Source: a plasmid
Reading direction: 5' to 3' (one strand)
DNA: 64,000 nucleotides
Sequence record: OW967251.1
The translations under genes were made by a program, and so were the position numbers. The first letter of the stretch is position 1; every line of letters starts with the position of its first letter. The notes under the pieces were generated by a model. It saw only the letters and a list, made by a program, of their open reading frames with translations, was not told the DNA's origin and did no database searches. Shown here one piece after another: positions 24,428-34,654 of this stretch.

Positions 24428-25441
24428 ATGAAAACCGCCACTGCGCCGTTACCACCGCTGCGTTCGGTCAAGGTTCTGGACCAGTTGCGTGAGCGCATAC
24501 GCTACTTGCATTACAGCTTACCAACCGAACAGGCTTATGTCCACTGGGTTCGTGCCTTCATCCGTTTCCACGGTGTGCGTCACCCGGCAACCTTGGGCAG
24601 CAGCGAAGTCGAGGCATTTCTGTCCTGGCTGGCGAACGAGCGCAAGGTTTCGGTCTCCACGCATCGTCAGGCATTGGCGGCCTTGCTGTTCTTCTACGGC
24701 AAGGTGCTGTGCACGGATCTGCCCTGGCTTCAGGAGATCGGAAGACCTCGGCCGTCGCGGCGCTTGCCGGTGGTGCTGACCCCGGATGAAGTGGTTCGCA
24801 TCCTCGGTTTTCTGGAAGGCGAGCATCGTTTGTTCGCCCAGCTTCTGTATGGAACGGGCATGCGGATCAGTGAGGGTTTGCAACTGCGGGTCAAGGATCT
24901 GGATTTCGATCACGGCACGATCATCGTGCGGGAGGGCAAGGGCTCCAAGGATCGGGCCTTGATGTTACCCGAGAGCTTGGCACCCAGCCTGCGCGAGCAG
25001 CTGTCGCGTGCACGGGCATGGTGGCTGAAGGACCAGGCCGAGGGCCGCAGCGGCGTTGCGCTTCCCGACGCCCTTGAGCGGAAGTATCCGCGCGCCGGGC
25101 ATTCCTGGCCGTGGTTCTGGGTTTTTGCGCAGCACACGCATTCGACCGATCCACGGAGCGGTGTCGTGCGTCGCCATCACATGTATGACCAGACCTTTCA
25201 GCGCGCCTTCAAACGTGCCGTAGAACAAGCAGGCATCACGAAGCCCGCCACACCGCACACCCTCCGCCACTCGTTCGCGACGGCCTTGCTCCGCAGCGGT
25301 TACGACATTCGAACCGTGCAGGATCTGCTCGGCCATTCCGACGTCTCTACGACGATGATTTACACGCATGTGCTGAAAGTTGGCGGTGCCGGAGTGCGCT
25401 CACCGCTTGATGCGCTGCCGCCCCTCACTAGTGAGAGGTAG
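24428..25441 (+). CDS. intI1: class 1 integron integrase IntI1 (P32 variant)
   Basis: [64 protein letters not shown]... 337 aa. Confidence 0.95.
24515..24543 (-). promoter_or_regulatory. cassette promoter Pc, PcW with TGN extended -10 (bottom strand: TGGACA-N17-TGG TAAGCT)
   Basis: top strand agctta (24515-20), cca (24521-23), 17-nt spacer, tgtcca (24538-43) inside intI1. Confidence 0.7.
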
Positions 25442-25618
25442 GGCAGCGCAAGTCAATCCTGGCGGATTCACTACCCCTGCGCGAAGGCCATCGGTGCCGC
25501 ATCGAACGGCCGGTTGCGGAAAGTCCTCCCTGCGTCCGCTGATGGCCGGCAGCAGCCCGTCGTTGCCTGATGGATCCAACCCCTCCGCTGCTATAGTGCA
25601 GTCGGCTTCTGACGTTCA

Positions 25619-25643
25619 GTGCAGCCGTCTTCTGAAAACGACA
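25619..25643. repeat. 25-bp integron inverted repeat IRi (gtgcagccgtcttctgaaaacgaca)
   Basis: reverse complement of TGTCGTTTTCAGAAGACGGCTGCAC. Confidence 0.8.
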
Positions 25644-25994
25644 ATGGAGGTGGTAGCCGAGGGTGTGGAAACACCCGACTGCCTTGCGTGGTTGCGGCAG
25701 GCGGGTTGCGACACGGTGCAGGGTTTCCTGTTCGCCAGGCCGATGCCGGCGGCGGCCTTCGTCGGCTTCGTCAACCAATGGAGGAACACCACCATGAACG
25801 CCAATGAACCGAGCACCAGTTGCTGCGTGTGCTGCAAGGAAATCCCGCTCGATGCCGCCTTCACGCCGGAAGGGGCCGAGTACGTGGAGCATTTCTGCGG
25901 GCTGGAGTGCTATCAGCGCTTCCAGGCGCGGGCCAGCACTGCGACCGAAACCAGCGTCAAACCGGACGCTTGTGATTCGCCGCCGTCAGGTTGA
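25644..25994 (+). CDS. tnpM: TnpM / C-terminal part of the EAL-domain urf2 gene interrupted by the integron (Tn21 arrangement)
   Basis: [42 protein letters not shown]... (EAL C-terminal motif) starting immediately after IRi. Confidence 0.55.
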
Positions 25995-25999
25995 GGCAT

Positions 26000-26119
26000 A
26001 CCCTAACCTGATGTCAGATGCCATGTGTAAATTGCGTCAGGATAGGATTGAATTTTGAATTTATTGACATATCTCGTTGAAGGTCATAGAGTCTTCCCTG
26101 ACATTTTGCAGGGAATTCC
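26000..26119. promoter_or_regulatory. Tn21 res (resolution) region upstream of tnpR
   Basis: position between tnpM and tnpR; AT-rich with repeated tgtca/tgaca-type half sites; boundaries approximate. Confidence 0.45.
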
Positions 26120-26680
26120 ATGACTGGACAGCGCATTGGGTATATCAGGGTCAGCACCTTCGACCAGAACCCGGAACGGCAACTGGAAGGCGTCAAGGTT
26201 GATCGCGCTTTTAGCGACAAGGCATCCGGCAAGGATGTCAAGCGTCCGCAACTGGAAGCGCTGATAAGCTTCGCCCGCACCGGCGACACCGTGGTGGTGC
26301 ATAGCATGGATCGCCTGGCGCGCAATCTCGATGATTTGCGCCGGATCGTGCAAACGCTGACACAACGCGGCGTGCATATCGAATTCGTCAAGGAACACCT
26401 CAGTTTTACTGGCGAAGACTCTCCGATGGCGAACCTGATGCTCTCGGTGATGGGCGCGTTCGCCGAGTTCGAGCGCGCCCTGATCCGCGAGCGTCAGCGC
26501 GAGGGTATTGCGCTCGCCAAGCAACGCGGGGCTTACCGTGGCAGGAAGAAATCCCTGTCGTCTGAGCGTATTGCCGAACTGCGCCAACGTGTCGAGGCTG
26601 GCGAGCAAAAGACCAAGCTTGCTCGTGAATTCGGAATCAGTCGCGAAACCCTGTATCAATACTTGAGAACGGATCAGTAA
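26120..26680 (+). CDS. tnpR: Tn21 resolvase TnpR (serine recombinase)
   Basis: [69 protein letters not shown]... Confidence 0.95.
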   Translation: MTGQRIGYIRVSTFDQNPERQLEGVKVDRAFSDKASGKDVKRPQLEALISFARTGDTVVVHSMDRLARNLDDLRRIVQTLTQRGVHIEFVKEHLSFTGEDSPMANLMLSVMGAFAEFERALIRERQREGIALAKQRGAYRGRKKSLSSERIAELRQRVEAGEQKTKLAREFGISRETLYQYLRTDQ

Positions 26681-26682
26681 AT

Positions 26683-29649
26683 ATGCCACGTCGTTCCATC
26701 CTGTCCGCCGCCGAGCGGGAAAGCCTGCTGGCGTTGCCGGACTCCAAGGACGACCTGATCCGACATTACACATTCAACGATACCGACCTCTCGATCATCC
26801 GACAGCGGCGCGGGCCAGCCAATCGGCTGGGCTTCGCGGTGCAGCTCTGTTACCTGCGCTTTCCCGGCGTCATCCTGGGCGTCGATGAACTACCGTTCCC
26901 GCCCTTGTTGAAGCTGGTCGCCGACCAGCTCAAGGTCGGCGTCGAAAGCTGGAACGAGTACGGCCAGCGGGAGCAGACCCGGCGCGAGCACCTGAGCGAG
27001 CTGCAAACCGTGTTCGGTTTCCGGCCCTTCACCATGAGCCATTACCGGCAGGCCGTCCAGATGCTGACCGAGCTGGCGATGCAAACCGACAAAGGCATCG
27101 TGCTGGCCAGCGCCTTGATCGGGCACCTGCGGCGGCAGTCGGTCATTCTGCCCGCCCTCAACGCCGTCGAGCGGGCGAGTGCCGAGGCGATCACCCGTGC
27201 TAACCGGCGCATCTACGACGCCTTGGCCGAACCACTGGCGGACGCGCATCGCCGCCGCCTCGACGATCTGCTCAAGCGCCGGGACAACGGCAAGACGACC
27301 TGGTTGGCTTGGTTGCGCCAGTCTCCGGCCAAGCCAAATTCGCGGCATATGCTGGAACACATCGAACGCCTCAAGGCATGGCAGGCACTCGATCTGCCTA
27401 CCGGCATCGAGCGGCTGGTTCACCAGAACCGCCTGCTCAAGATTGCCCGCGAGGGCGGCCAGATGACACCCGCCGACCTGGCCAAATTCGAGCCGCAACG
27501 GCGCTACGCCACTCTCGTGGCGCTGGCCACCGAGGGCATGGCCACCGTCACCGACGAAATCATCGACCTGCACGACCGCATCCTGGGTAAGCTGTTTAAC
27601 GCTGCCAAGAATAAGCATCAGCAGCAGTTCCAGGCGTCAGGCAAGGCCATCAACGCCAAGGTACGTCTGTACGGGCGCATCGGTCAGGCGCTGATCGACG
27701 CCAAGCAATCAGGCCGCGATGCGTTTGCCGCCATCGAGGCCGTCATGTCCTGGGATTCCTTTGCCGAGAGCGTCACCGAGGCGCAGAAGCTCGCGCAACC
27801 CGATGACTTCGATTTCCTGCATCGCATCGGCGAGAGCTACGCCACCCTGCGCCGCTATGCACCGGAATTCCTTGCCGTGCTCAAGCTGCGGGCCGCGCCC
27901 GCCGCCAAAAACGTGCTTGATGCCATTGAGGTGCTGCGCGGCATGAACACCGACAACGCCCGCAAGCTGCCAGCCGATGCACCGACCGGCTTCATCAAGC
28001 CGCGCTGGCAGAAACTGGTGATGACCGACGCCGGCATCGACCGGCGCTACTACGAACTGTGCGCGCTGTCCGAGTTGAAGAACTCCCTGCGCTCGGGCGA
28101 CATCTGGGTGCAGGGTTCACGCCAGTTCAAGGACTTCGAGGACTACCTGGTACCGCCCGAGAAGTTCACCAGCCTCAAGCAGTCCAGCGAATTGCCGCTG
28201 GCCGTGGCCACCGACTGCGAACAATATCTGCATGAGCGGCTGACGCTGCTGGAAGCACAACTTGCCACCGTCAACCGCATGGCGGCAGCCAACGACCTGC
28301 CGGATGCCATCATCACCGAGTCGGGCTTGAAGATCACGCCGCTGGATGCGGCGGTGCCCGACACCGCGCAGGCGCTGATAGACCAGACAGCCATGGTCCT
28401 GCCGCACGTCAAGATCACCGAACTGCTGCTCGAAGTCGATGAGTGGACGGGCTTCACCCGGCACTTCACGCACTTGAAATCGGGCGATCTGGCCAAGGAC
28501 AAGAACCTGTTGTTGACCACGATCCTGGCCGACGCGATCAACCTGGGCCTGACCAAGATGGCCGAGTCCTGCCCCGGCACGACCTACGCGAAGCTCGCTT
28601 GGCTGCAAGCCTGGCATACCCGCGACGAAACGTACTCGACAGCGTTGGCTGAACTGGTCAACGCTCAGTTTCGGCATCCCTTTGCCGGGCACTGGGGCGA
28701 TGGCACCACATCATCATCGGACGGACAGAATTTCCGAACCGCTAGCAAGGCAAAGAGCACGGGGCACATCAACCCAAAATATGGCAGCAGCCCAGGACGG
28801 ACTTTCTACACCCACATCTCCGACCAATACGCGCCATTCCACACCAAGGTGGTCAATGTCGGCCTGCGCGACTCAACCTACGTGCTCGACGGCCTGCTGT
28901 ACCACGAATCCGACCTGCGGATCGAGGAGCACTACACCGACACGGCGGGCTTCACCGATCACGTCTTCGCCCTGATGCACCTCTTGGGCTTCCGCTTCGC
29001 GCCGCGCATCCGCGACCTGGGCGACACCAAGCTCTACATCCCGAAGGGCGATGCCGCCTATGACGCGCTCAAGCCGATGATCGGCGGCACGCTCAACATC
29101 AAGCACGTCCGCGCCCATTGGGACGAAATCCTGCGGCTGGCCACCTCGATCAAGCAGGGCACGGTGACGGCCTCGCTGATGCTCAGGAAACTCGGCAGCT
29201 ACCCGCGCCAGAACGGCTTGGCCGTCGCGCTGCGCGAGTTGGGCCGCATCGAGCGCACGCTGTTCATCCTCGACTGGCTGCAAAGCGTCGAGCTACGCCG
29301 CCGCGTGCATGCCGGGCTGAACAAGGGCGAGGCGCGCAATGCGCTGGCCCGTGCCGTGTTCTTCAACCGCCTTGGTGAAATCCGTGACCGCAGTTTCGAG
29401 CAGCAGCGCTACCGGGCCAGCGGCCTCAACCTGGTGACGGCGGCCATCGTGCTGTGGAACACGGTCTACCTGGAGCGTGCGGCGCATGCGTTGCGCGGCA
29501 ATGGTCATGCCGTCGATGACTCGCTATTGCAGTACCTGTCGCCACTCGGCTGGGAGCACATCAACCTGACCGGTGATTACCTATGGCGCAGCAGCGCCAA
29601 GATCGGCGCGGGGAAGTTCAGGCCGCTACGGCCTCTGCAACCGGCTTAG
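26683..29649 (+). CDS. tnpA: Tn21-type Tn3-family transposase TnpA (988 aa)
   Basis: full-length ORF ending ...[25 protein letters not shown] with stop inside the 38-bp IR. Confidence 0.95.
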   Translation: MPRRSILSAAERESLLALPDSKDDLIRHYTFNDTDLSIIRQRRGPANRLGFAVQLCYLRFPGVILGVDELPFPPLLKLVADQLKVGVESWNEYGQREQTRREHLSELQTVFGFRPFTMSHYRQAVQMLTELAMQTDKGIVLASALIGHLRRQSVILPALNAVERASAEAITRANRRIYDALAEPLADAHRRRLDDLLKRRDNGKTTWLAWLRQSPAKPNSRHMLEHIERLKAWQALDLPTGIERLVHQNRLLKIAREGGQMTPADLAKFEPQRRYATLVALATEGMATVTDEIIDLHDRILGKLFNAAKNKHQQQFQASGKAINAKVRLYGRIGQALIDAKQSGRDAFAAIEAVMSWDSFAESVTEAQKLAQPDDFDFLHRIGESYATLRRYAPEFLAVLKLRAAPAAKNVLDAIEVLRGMNTDNARKLPADAPTGFIKPRWQKLVMTDAGIDRRYYELCALSELKNSLRSGDIWVQGSRQFKDFEDYLVPPEKFTSLKQSSELPLAVATDCEQYLHERLTLLEAQLATVNRMAAANDLPDAIITESGLKITPLDAAVPDTAQALIDQTAMVLPHVKITELLLEVDEWTGFTRHFTHLKSGDLAKDKNLLLTTILADAINLGLTKMAESCPGTTYAKLAWLQAWHTRDETYSTALAELVNAQFRHPFAGHWGDGTTSSSDGQNFRTASKAKSTGHINPKYGSSPGRTFYTHISDQYAPFHTKVVNVGLRDSTYVLDGLLYHESDLRIEEHYTDTAGFTDHVFALMHLLGFRFAPRIRDLGDTKLYIPKGDAAYDALKPMIGGTLNIKHVRAHWDEILRLATSIKQGTVTASLMLRKLGSYPRQNGLAVALRELGRIERTLFILDWLQSVELRRRVHAGLNKGEARNALARAVFFNRLGEIRDRSFEQQRYRASGLNLVTAAIVLWNTVYLERAAHALRGNGHAVDDSLLQYLSPLGWEHINLTGDYLWRSSAKIGAGKFRPLRPLQPA

Positions 29650-29682
29650 CGTGCTTTATTTTCCGTTTTCTGAGACGACCCC
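29645..29682 (+). repeat. Tn21 IRtnp (38 bp)
   Basis: cttagcgtgctttattttccgttttctgagacgacccc. Confidence 0.85.
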
Positions 29683-29712
29683 TATTATGGCGAAGGTATC
29701 ATTCAGGAAGCG

Positions 29713-30093
29713 TTGATGAAGGATTATCTCTGTAAAAAGTTATTCAACCGGCTTTCCGGTACCCTGGTGATCAGAGCGCGCTGCGGCAATAACATTACTG
29801 GCCTGGCATGTTGCAATATTCTTTATCCCTCGCCCCGATACAGCGGTCAGCTGCATATTAAAGAGCTGTATGTTTCTCAGTGCGATCGAAATAAGGGCAC
29901 GGGTAAAGCGATAATGCGCTTTATAGCCCGGCTTGCGCTTGAACAGGAATGCCTTAGCCTTAGCTGGAACGCTGAAAAATCCAACCCCGGCGCTAACCGT
30001 TTTTATCAGGCTCTGGGAGGCAGAATAAATGATCATATCGTCAATTATTACCTCCACGGGGAGAGCCTGAGCAAACTGGCCTCAGGCATTTGA
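29713..30093 (+). pseudogene. C-terminal half of a GNAT acetyltransferase (ybjA-like) interrupted by the Tn21 insertion
   Basis: ...QCDRNKGTGKAIMRFIARLALEQECLSLSWNAEKSNPGANRFYQALGG... GNAT motif; ORF begins 30 bp from the IR. Confidence 0.5.
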
Positions 30094-30293
30094 GAAGCAC
30101 ACGGTCACACTGCTTCCGGTAGTCAATAAACCGGTAAACCAGCAATAGACATAAGCGGCTATTTAACGACCCTGCCCTGAACCGACGACCGGGTCGAATT
30201 TGCTTTCGAATTTCTGCCATTCATCCGCTTATTATCACTTATTCAGGCGTAGCAACCAGGCGTTTAAGGGCACCAATAACTGCCTTAAAAAAA

Positions 30294-30953
30294 TTACGCC
30301 CCGCCCTGCCACTCATCGCAGTACTGTTGTAATTCATTAAGCATTCTGCCGACATGGAAGCCATCACAAACGGCATGATGAACCTGAATCGCCAGCGGCA
30401 TCAGCACCTTGTCGCCTTGCGTATAATATTTGCCCATGGTGAAAACGGGGGCGAAGAAGTTGTCCATATTGGCCACGTTTAAATCAAAACTGGTGAAACT
30501 CACCCAGGGATTGGCTGAGACGAAAAACATATTCTCAATAAACCCTTTAGGGAAATAGGCCAGGTTTTCACCGTAACACGCCACATCTTGCGAATATATG
30601 TGTAGAAACTGCCGGAAATCGTCGTGGTATTCACTCCAGAGCGATGAAAACGTTTCAGTTTGCTCATGGAAAACGGTGTAACAAGGGTGAACACTATCCC
30701 ATATCACCAGCTCACCGTCTTTCATTGCCATACGGAATTCCGGATGAGCATTCATCAGGCGGGCAAGAATGTGAATAAAGGCCGGATAAAACTTGTGCTT
30801 ATTTTTCTTTACGGTCTTTAAAAAGGCCGTAATATCCAGCTGAACGGTCTGGTTATAGGTACATTGAGCAACTGACTGAAATGCCTCAAAATGTTCTTTA
30901 CGATGCCATTGGGATATATCAACGGTGGTATATCCAGTGATTTTTTTCTCCAT
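30294..30953 (-). CDS. catA1: chloramphenicol acetyltransferase CatA1 (Tn9 type)
   Basis: [72 protein letters not shown]... 219 aa. Confidence 0.95.
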
Positions 30954-31231
30954 TTTAGCTTCCTTAGCTCCTGAAAATCTCGATAACTCAAAAAATACGC
31001 CCGGTAGTGATCTTATTTCATTATGGTGAAAGTTGGAACCTCTTACGTGCCGATCAACGTCTCATTTTCGCCAAAAGTTGGCCCAGGGCTTCCCGGTATC
31101 AACAGGGACACCAGGATTTATTTATTCTGCGAAGTGATCTTCCGTCACAGGTATTTATTCGGCGCAAAGTGCGTCGGGTGATGCTGCCAACTTACTGATT
31201 TAGTGTATGATGGTGTTTTTGAGGTGCTCCA

Positions 31232-31507
31232 GTGGCTTCTGTTTCTATCAGCTGTCCCTCCTGTTCAGCTACTGACGGGGTGGTGCGTAACGGCAAAAGC
31301 ACCGCCGGACATCAGCGCTATCTCTGCTCTCACTGCCGTAAAACATGGCAACTGCAGTTCACTTACACCGCTTCTCAACCCGGTACGCACCAGAAAATCA
31401 TTGATATGGCCATGAATGGCGTTGGATGCCGGGCAACCGCCCGCATTATGGGCGTTGGCCTCAACACGATTTTCCGCCATTTAAAAAACTCAGGCCGCAG
31501 TCGGTAA
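31232..31507 (+). CDS. insA: IS1 InsA
   Basis: [91 protein letters not shown]. Confidence 0.95.
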   Translation: MASVSISCPSCSATDGVVRNGKSTAGHQRYLCSHCRKTWQLQFTYTASQPGTHQKIIDMAMNGVGCRATARIMGVGLNTIFRHLKNSGRSR

Positions 31508-31929
31508 CCTCGCGCATACAGCCGGGCAGTGACGTCATCGTCTGCGCGGAAATGGACGAACAGTGGGGATACGTCGGGGCTAAATCGCGCCAGCGCTGGC
31601 TGTTTTACGCGTATGACAGGCTCCGGAAGACGGTTGTTGCGCACGTATTCGGTGAACGCACTATGGCGACGCTGGGGCGTCTTATGAGCCTGCTGTCACC
31701 CTTTGACGTGGTGATATGGATGACGGATGGCTGGCCGCTGTATGAATCCCGCCTGAAGGGAAAGCTGCACGTAATCAGCAAGCGATATACGCAGCGAATT
31801 GAGCGGCATAACCTGAATCTGAGGCAGCACCTGGCACGGCTGGGACGGAAGTCGCTGTCGTTCTCAAAATCGGTGGAGCTGCATGACAAAGTCATCGGGC
31901 ATTATCTGAACATAAAACACTATCAATAA
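31426..31929 (+). CDS. insB: IS1 InsB frame
   Basis: 167-aa ORF, canonical InsB. Confidence 0.9.
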   Translation: MPGNRPHYGRWPQHDFPPFKKLRPQSVTSRIQPGSDVIVCAEMDEQWGYVGAKSRQRWLFYAYDRLRKTVVAHVFGERTMATLGRLMSLLSPFDVVIWMTDGWPLYESRLKGKLHVISKRYTQRIERHNLNLRQHLARLGRKSLSFSKSVELHDKVIGHYLNIKHYQ

Positions 31930-31930
31930 G

Positions 31931-32161
31931 TTGGAGTCATTACCCCTATACTGGATGACTCCACTTACTCGATGGAAACTCCTTGAGGAGTTGTCCTCTT
32001 GGACGATCTCTTTTGAAAACGATAGTCCCGAATGCCTCTATGAATTCGAGAGACTGCTGAATGATTACGCTTTGCGAGAAAAGCTACAGCATAAAACAGG
32101 GGCGTTGAGAGATTCTATTGTCCATAAAGTGCTTCGCAGCGTAGATGAAAGGCTTTCGTAA
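31931..32161 (+). CDS. hxsD: HxsD-like small protein of the His-Xaa-Ser system (LLNDYxLRE motif), N-terminus replaced or truncated by the IS1 end
   Basis: ...YEFERLLNDYALREKLQHKTGALRD... contains LLNDYALRE. ORF call starts at a TTG inside IS1; first in-frame ATG outside IS1 is at 31955. Stop overlaps hxsB start (TAATG). Confidence 0.55.
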   Translation: MESLPLYWMTPLTRWKLLEELSSWTISFENDSPECLYEFERLLNDYALREKLQHKTGALRDSIVHKVLRSVDERLS

Positions 32162-33549
32162 TGGAATTGATGCCATTCAATTTTGACAGATTGCCTAATG
32201 GACGGGTTTTTATAAGCAACCTCGCAGGCTTTCATCACTTCATTAATGAGCAAGAGCTGCTTGATCTTTCTGATGAGCAAATCAGTGCGGAGCAATCAAA
32301 CCCACTAGAAAGCAAGCTGTTCATAACCAACGAAAGCTCATCAGCTATTGCTCCCTATGCTTTAAGTTCTGCTTTTGCAAAAAGATTGATGAATGAACTG
32401 GCGATCAGGCCAATTTTCATGATTGTGTCCACATTGCGTTGCGACCATACCTGCAAGTATTGTCAGGTCAGTAGAGCTTCAGTGAACGCCTCTGGTTATG
32501 ATCTAGATCCCGATCTCATCCCTCATATCATTTCGACTATCAAAAAACTATCGATACCACCTTACAAGATAGAGATACAGGGTGGAGAGCCACTCTTGCG
32601 GTTCGATTTAATTCAGTCTATCTATGAGCAATGTACTGAAACGTTGGGAAGCTCCGATTTTGAGATGGTGATAGCATCAAGCCTGTCTGTCTTGAATGAG
32701 GATATGCTTCAATGGTCGAGAGGCAGGAACATAACGTTCTCTGTTTCGCTTGATGGTGAGGAGGTTGTTCACAACAGTAATCGAATTCTTGGTCATGGGC
32801 TTGCTTACAGTAGAACAGTATCAGGAGTAGAGGCTATCAAACGGTCTTTAGGCGCTGGTCGCGTTGCAACGGTTACTACAGTTACTAAAGATCTTATCAG
32901 GCATCCTGAATCGATTGTCCAGGCTCACTTGTCTCTTGGCCTCAAGGACATGTTTATCCGACCTGTTAGTCCCTATGGGTTTGCACAAAAAGCATCGTTC
33001 ACATTTTCTATGGAGGAATACTTCAGTTTCTATGCCTCGTTGATAGATGAAATCCTTAAGATGAATAATGAAGGGATAAGGGTTGTGGAACATTCGGCCT
33101 CCATTCATCTGAAAAGGATCTTCAATCCCGGCTTTAGTGGTTATGCGGATTTAAAGTCGCCAAGCGGGGTCGTGCTTAACAGTATTCTTTTCAATTATGA
33201 CGGTCGAGTATATGGTAGCGATGAGAGCCGTATGTTGCAGAAGGTGAACCCTGAAACGGAGTTCAGTGCGGGTGAGGTTAAAACGCTATCATTTTCTAAG
33301 AGTCCTTACTATAACGCAGTGTTGAGTTCATCGTTCAATTTTGCTCTGCCGGGTTGTGATACATGTGCATATCAACCATTTTGCGGTGCAGATCCATGCC
33401 AGAACATAAGTGTACAGGGTGAGCCTGTCGGTGATAGGAGTCGTTCAACGTTTTGTCAGTATCACAAGGGGATGTTCAGGTATCTGATGAACTGCATCTC
33501 AGAAGGTGGTCCGAAGGCTGAGATGCTAAAAGGATGGGCATATGTCTGA
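32161..33549 (+). CDS. hxsB: radical SAM/SPASM-domain maturase, HxsB-like (462 aa)
   Basis: CxxxCxxC motif RCDHTCKYC; Cys-rich C-terminal SPASM-like region (CDTCAYQPFCGADPC...CQYHKG); AT-rich coding sequence. Confidence 0.8.
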   Translation: MELMPFNFDRLPNGRVFISNLAGFHHFINEQELLDLSDEQISAEQSNPLESKLFITNESSSAIAPYALSSAFAKRLMNELAIRPIFMIVSTLRCDHTCKYCQVSRASVNASGYDLDPDLIPHIISTIKKLSIPPYKIEIQGGEPLLRFDLIQSIYEQCTETLGSSDFEMVIASSLSVLNEDMLQWSRGRNITFSVSLDGEEVVHNSNRILGHGLAYSRTVSGVEAIKRSLGAGRVATVTTVTKDLIRHPESIVQAHLSLGLKDMFIRPVSPYGFAQKASFTFSMEEYFSFYASLIDEILKMNNEGIRVVEHSASIHLKRIFNPGFSGYADLKSPSGVVLNSILFNYDGRVYGSDESRMLQKVNPETEFSAGEVKTLSFSKSPYYNAVLSSSFNFALPGCDTCAYQPFCGADPCQNISVQGEPVGDRSRSTFCQYHKGMFRYLMNCISEGGPKAEMLKGWAYV

Positions 33550-34654
33550 GGTTATTAGGAACGATATCTTTCATTTTGCTTCAAAAAAGAATGTGCCCAC
33601 GGGGTTCTATCGGTTATGCAAACAAAAACCAATGAACCCTTTATTCTTTTTACCCAATTTACTGGTAGTTGCTGAAGGCAATAATGATGCCATTCAACCA
33701 TGCTTTGATTTCTCTGTTATTAGCACTGAATTATATGAGTCAATTGAAGATGGAGATATTGGGATAATCAACAATGGCAATATGATACGCGTAATTCTGT
33801 CCCGCAGAGCCAATCATAATACTGTCTTAGTAACGGAACGCTGCAATAACTTGTGTCTGTTTTGTTCGCAGCCACCTAAGAAATCAAATGATGACTGGCT
33901 ACTTACCCAATCAGCTCTTGCTATAGCTTCATTTGGTTTGGATGGAGTTGTTGGGGTCAGCGGTGGAGAACCTTTGCTGTATGGAGATGATTTCCTTCAC
34001 TTCATTGATTTTATCATCGAGAATTCACCAGATACTGCTTTGCATGTTTTAACAAACGGACGCAAATTTTCTGATATCAACTTTACTCAGGAAATGGCAA
34101 AGCGAAGCAAAAAGATAAAAATCACCTTTGGTATCCCGCTCTACTCATCAAGACCACTTGTGCATGATCATCTGGTAGGGAATGATGGCGCATTTAATGA
34201 AACGGTTAAGGGATTAATTAATGCAGGAAACTCAGGGATTAATATCGAACTTAGAGTTATTCCGACACTGGCTAACTATACAGAATTGGATGATATTGTA
34301 GAGTTCGTTGGCCGTGTGTTCTCCAACATCAATCAGATTTCCCTTATGGGGCTGGAATCTATCGGTTGGGCACGAAAGAACTGGTCAACAATCTTCATTG
34401 AGCACAGCAGTTATAGTGAGAAAATAATCTCCGCCATAGACGCTGCGCACAGGTCAGGTATACCTCTAACAATTTTTAATTATCCTTTGTGTCATCTTCC
34501 CGAAAGAGCTTGGGAGCTTGCTGCTCAGTCGATCTCTGATTGGAAAAATTACTATCCTAAAGAATGTGATGAATGCACTCAGAAGTCTTCCTGTACTGGT
34601 TATTTCAGTTCCTCAACAGGCCGTTTTCATCAACCACCGAGACCAATTTTATGA
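33542..34654 (+). CDS. hxsC: second radical SAM enzyme, HxsC-like (370 aa)
   Basis: CxxxCxxC motif ERCNNLCLFC, GGEPLL glycine-rich SAM-binding motif, C-terminal Cys cluster CDECTQKSSC; 8-nt overlap with hxsB and 4-nt overlap with hxsA. Confidence 0.75.
   Translation: MSEVIRNDIFHFASKKNVPTGFYRLCKQKPMNPLFFLPNLLVVAEGNNDAIQPCFDFSVISTELYESIEDGDIGIINNGNMIRVILSRRANHNTVLVTERCNNLCLFCSQPPKKSNDDWLLTQSALAIASFGLDGVVGVSGGEPLLYGDDFLHFIDFIIENSPDTALHVLTNGRKFSDINFTQEMAKRSKKIKITFGIPLYSSRPLVHDHLVGNDGAFNETVKGLINAGNSGINIELRVIPTLANYTELDDIVEFVGRVFSNINQISLMGLESIGWARKNWSTIFIEHSSYSEKIISAIDAAHRSGIPLTIFNYPLCHLPERAWELAAQSISDWKNYYPKECDECTQKSSCTGYFSSSTGRFHQPPRPIL

Larger units (their letters stand above)
31177..31944 (+). 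mobile_element. IS1 copy 2 (768 bp, canonical isoform)
   Basis: ggtgatgctgccaacttactgat at 31177; ...gttggagtcattacc ending 31944; InsA 31232..31507 and InsB 31426..31929. Confidence 0.95.
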
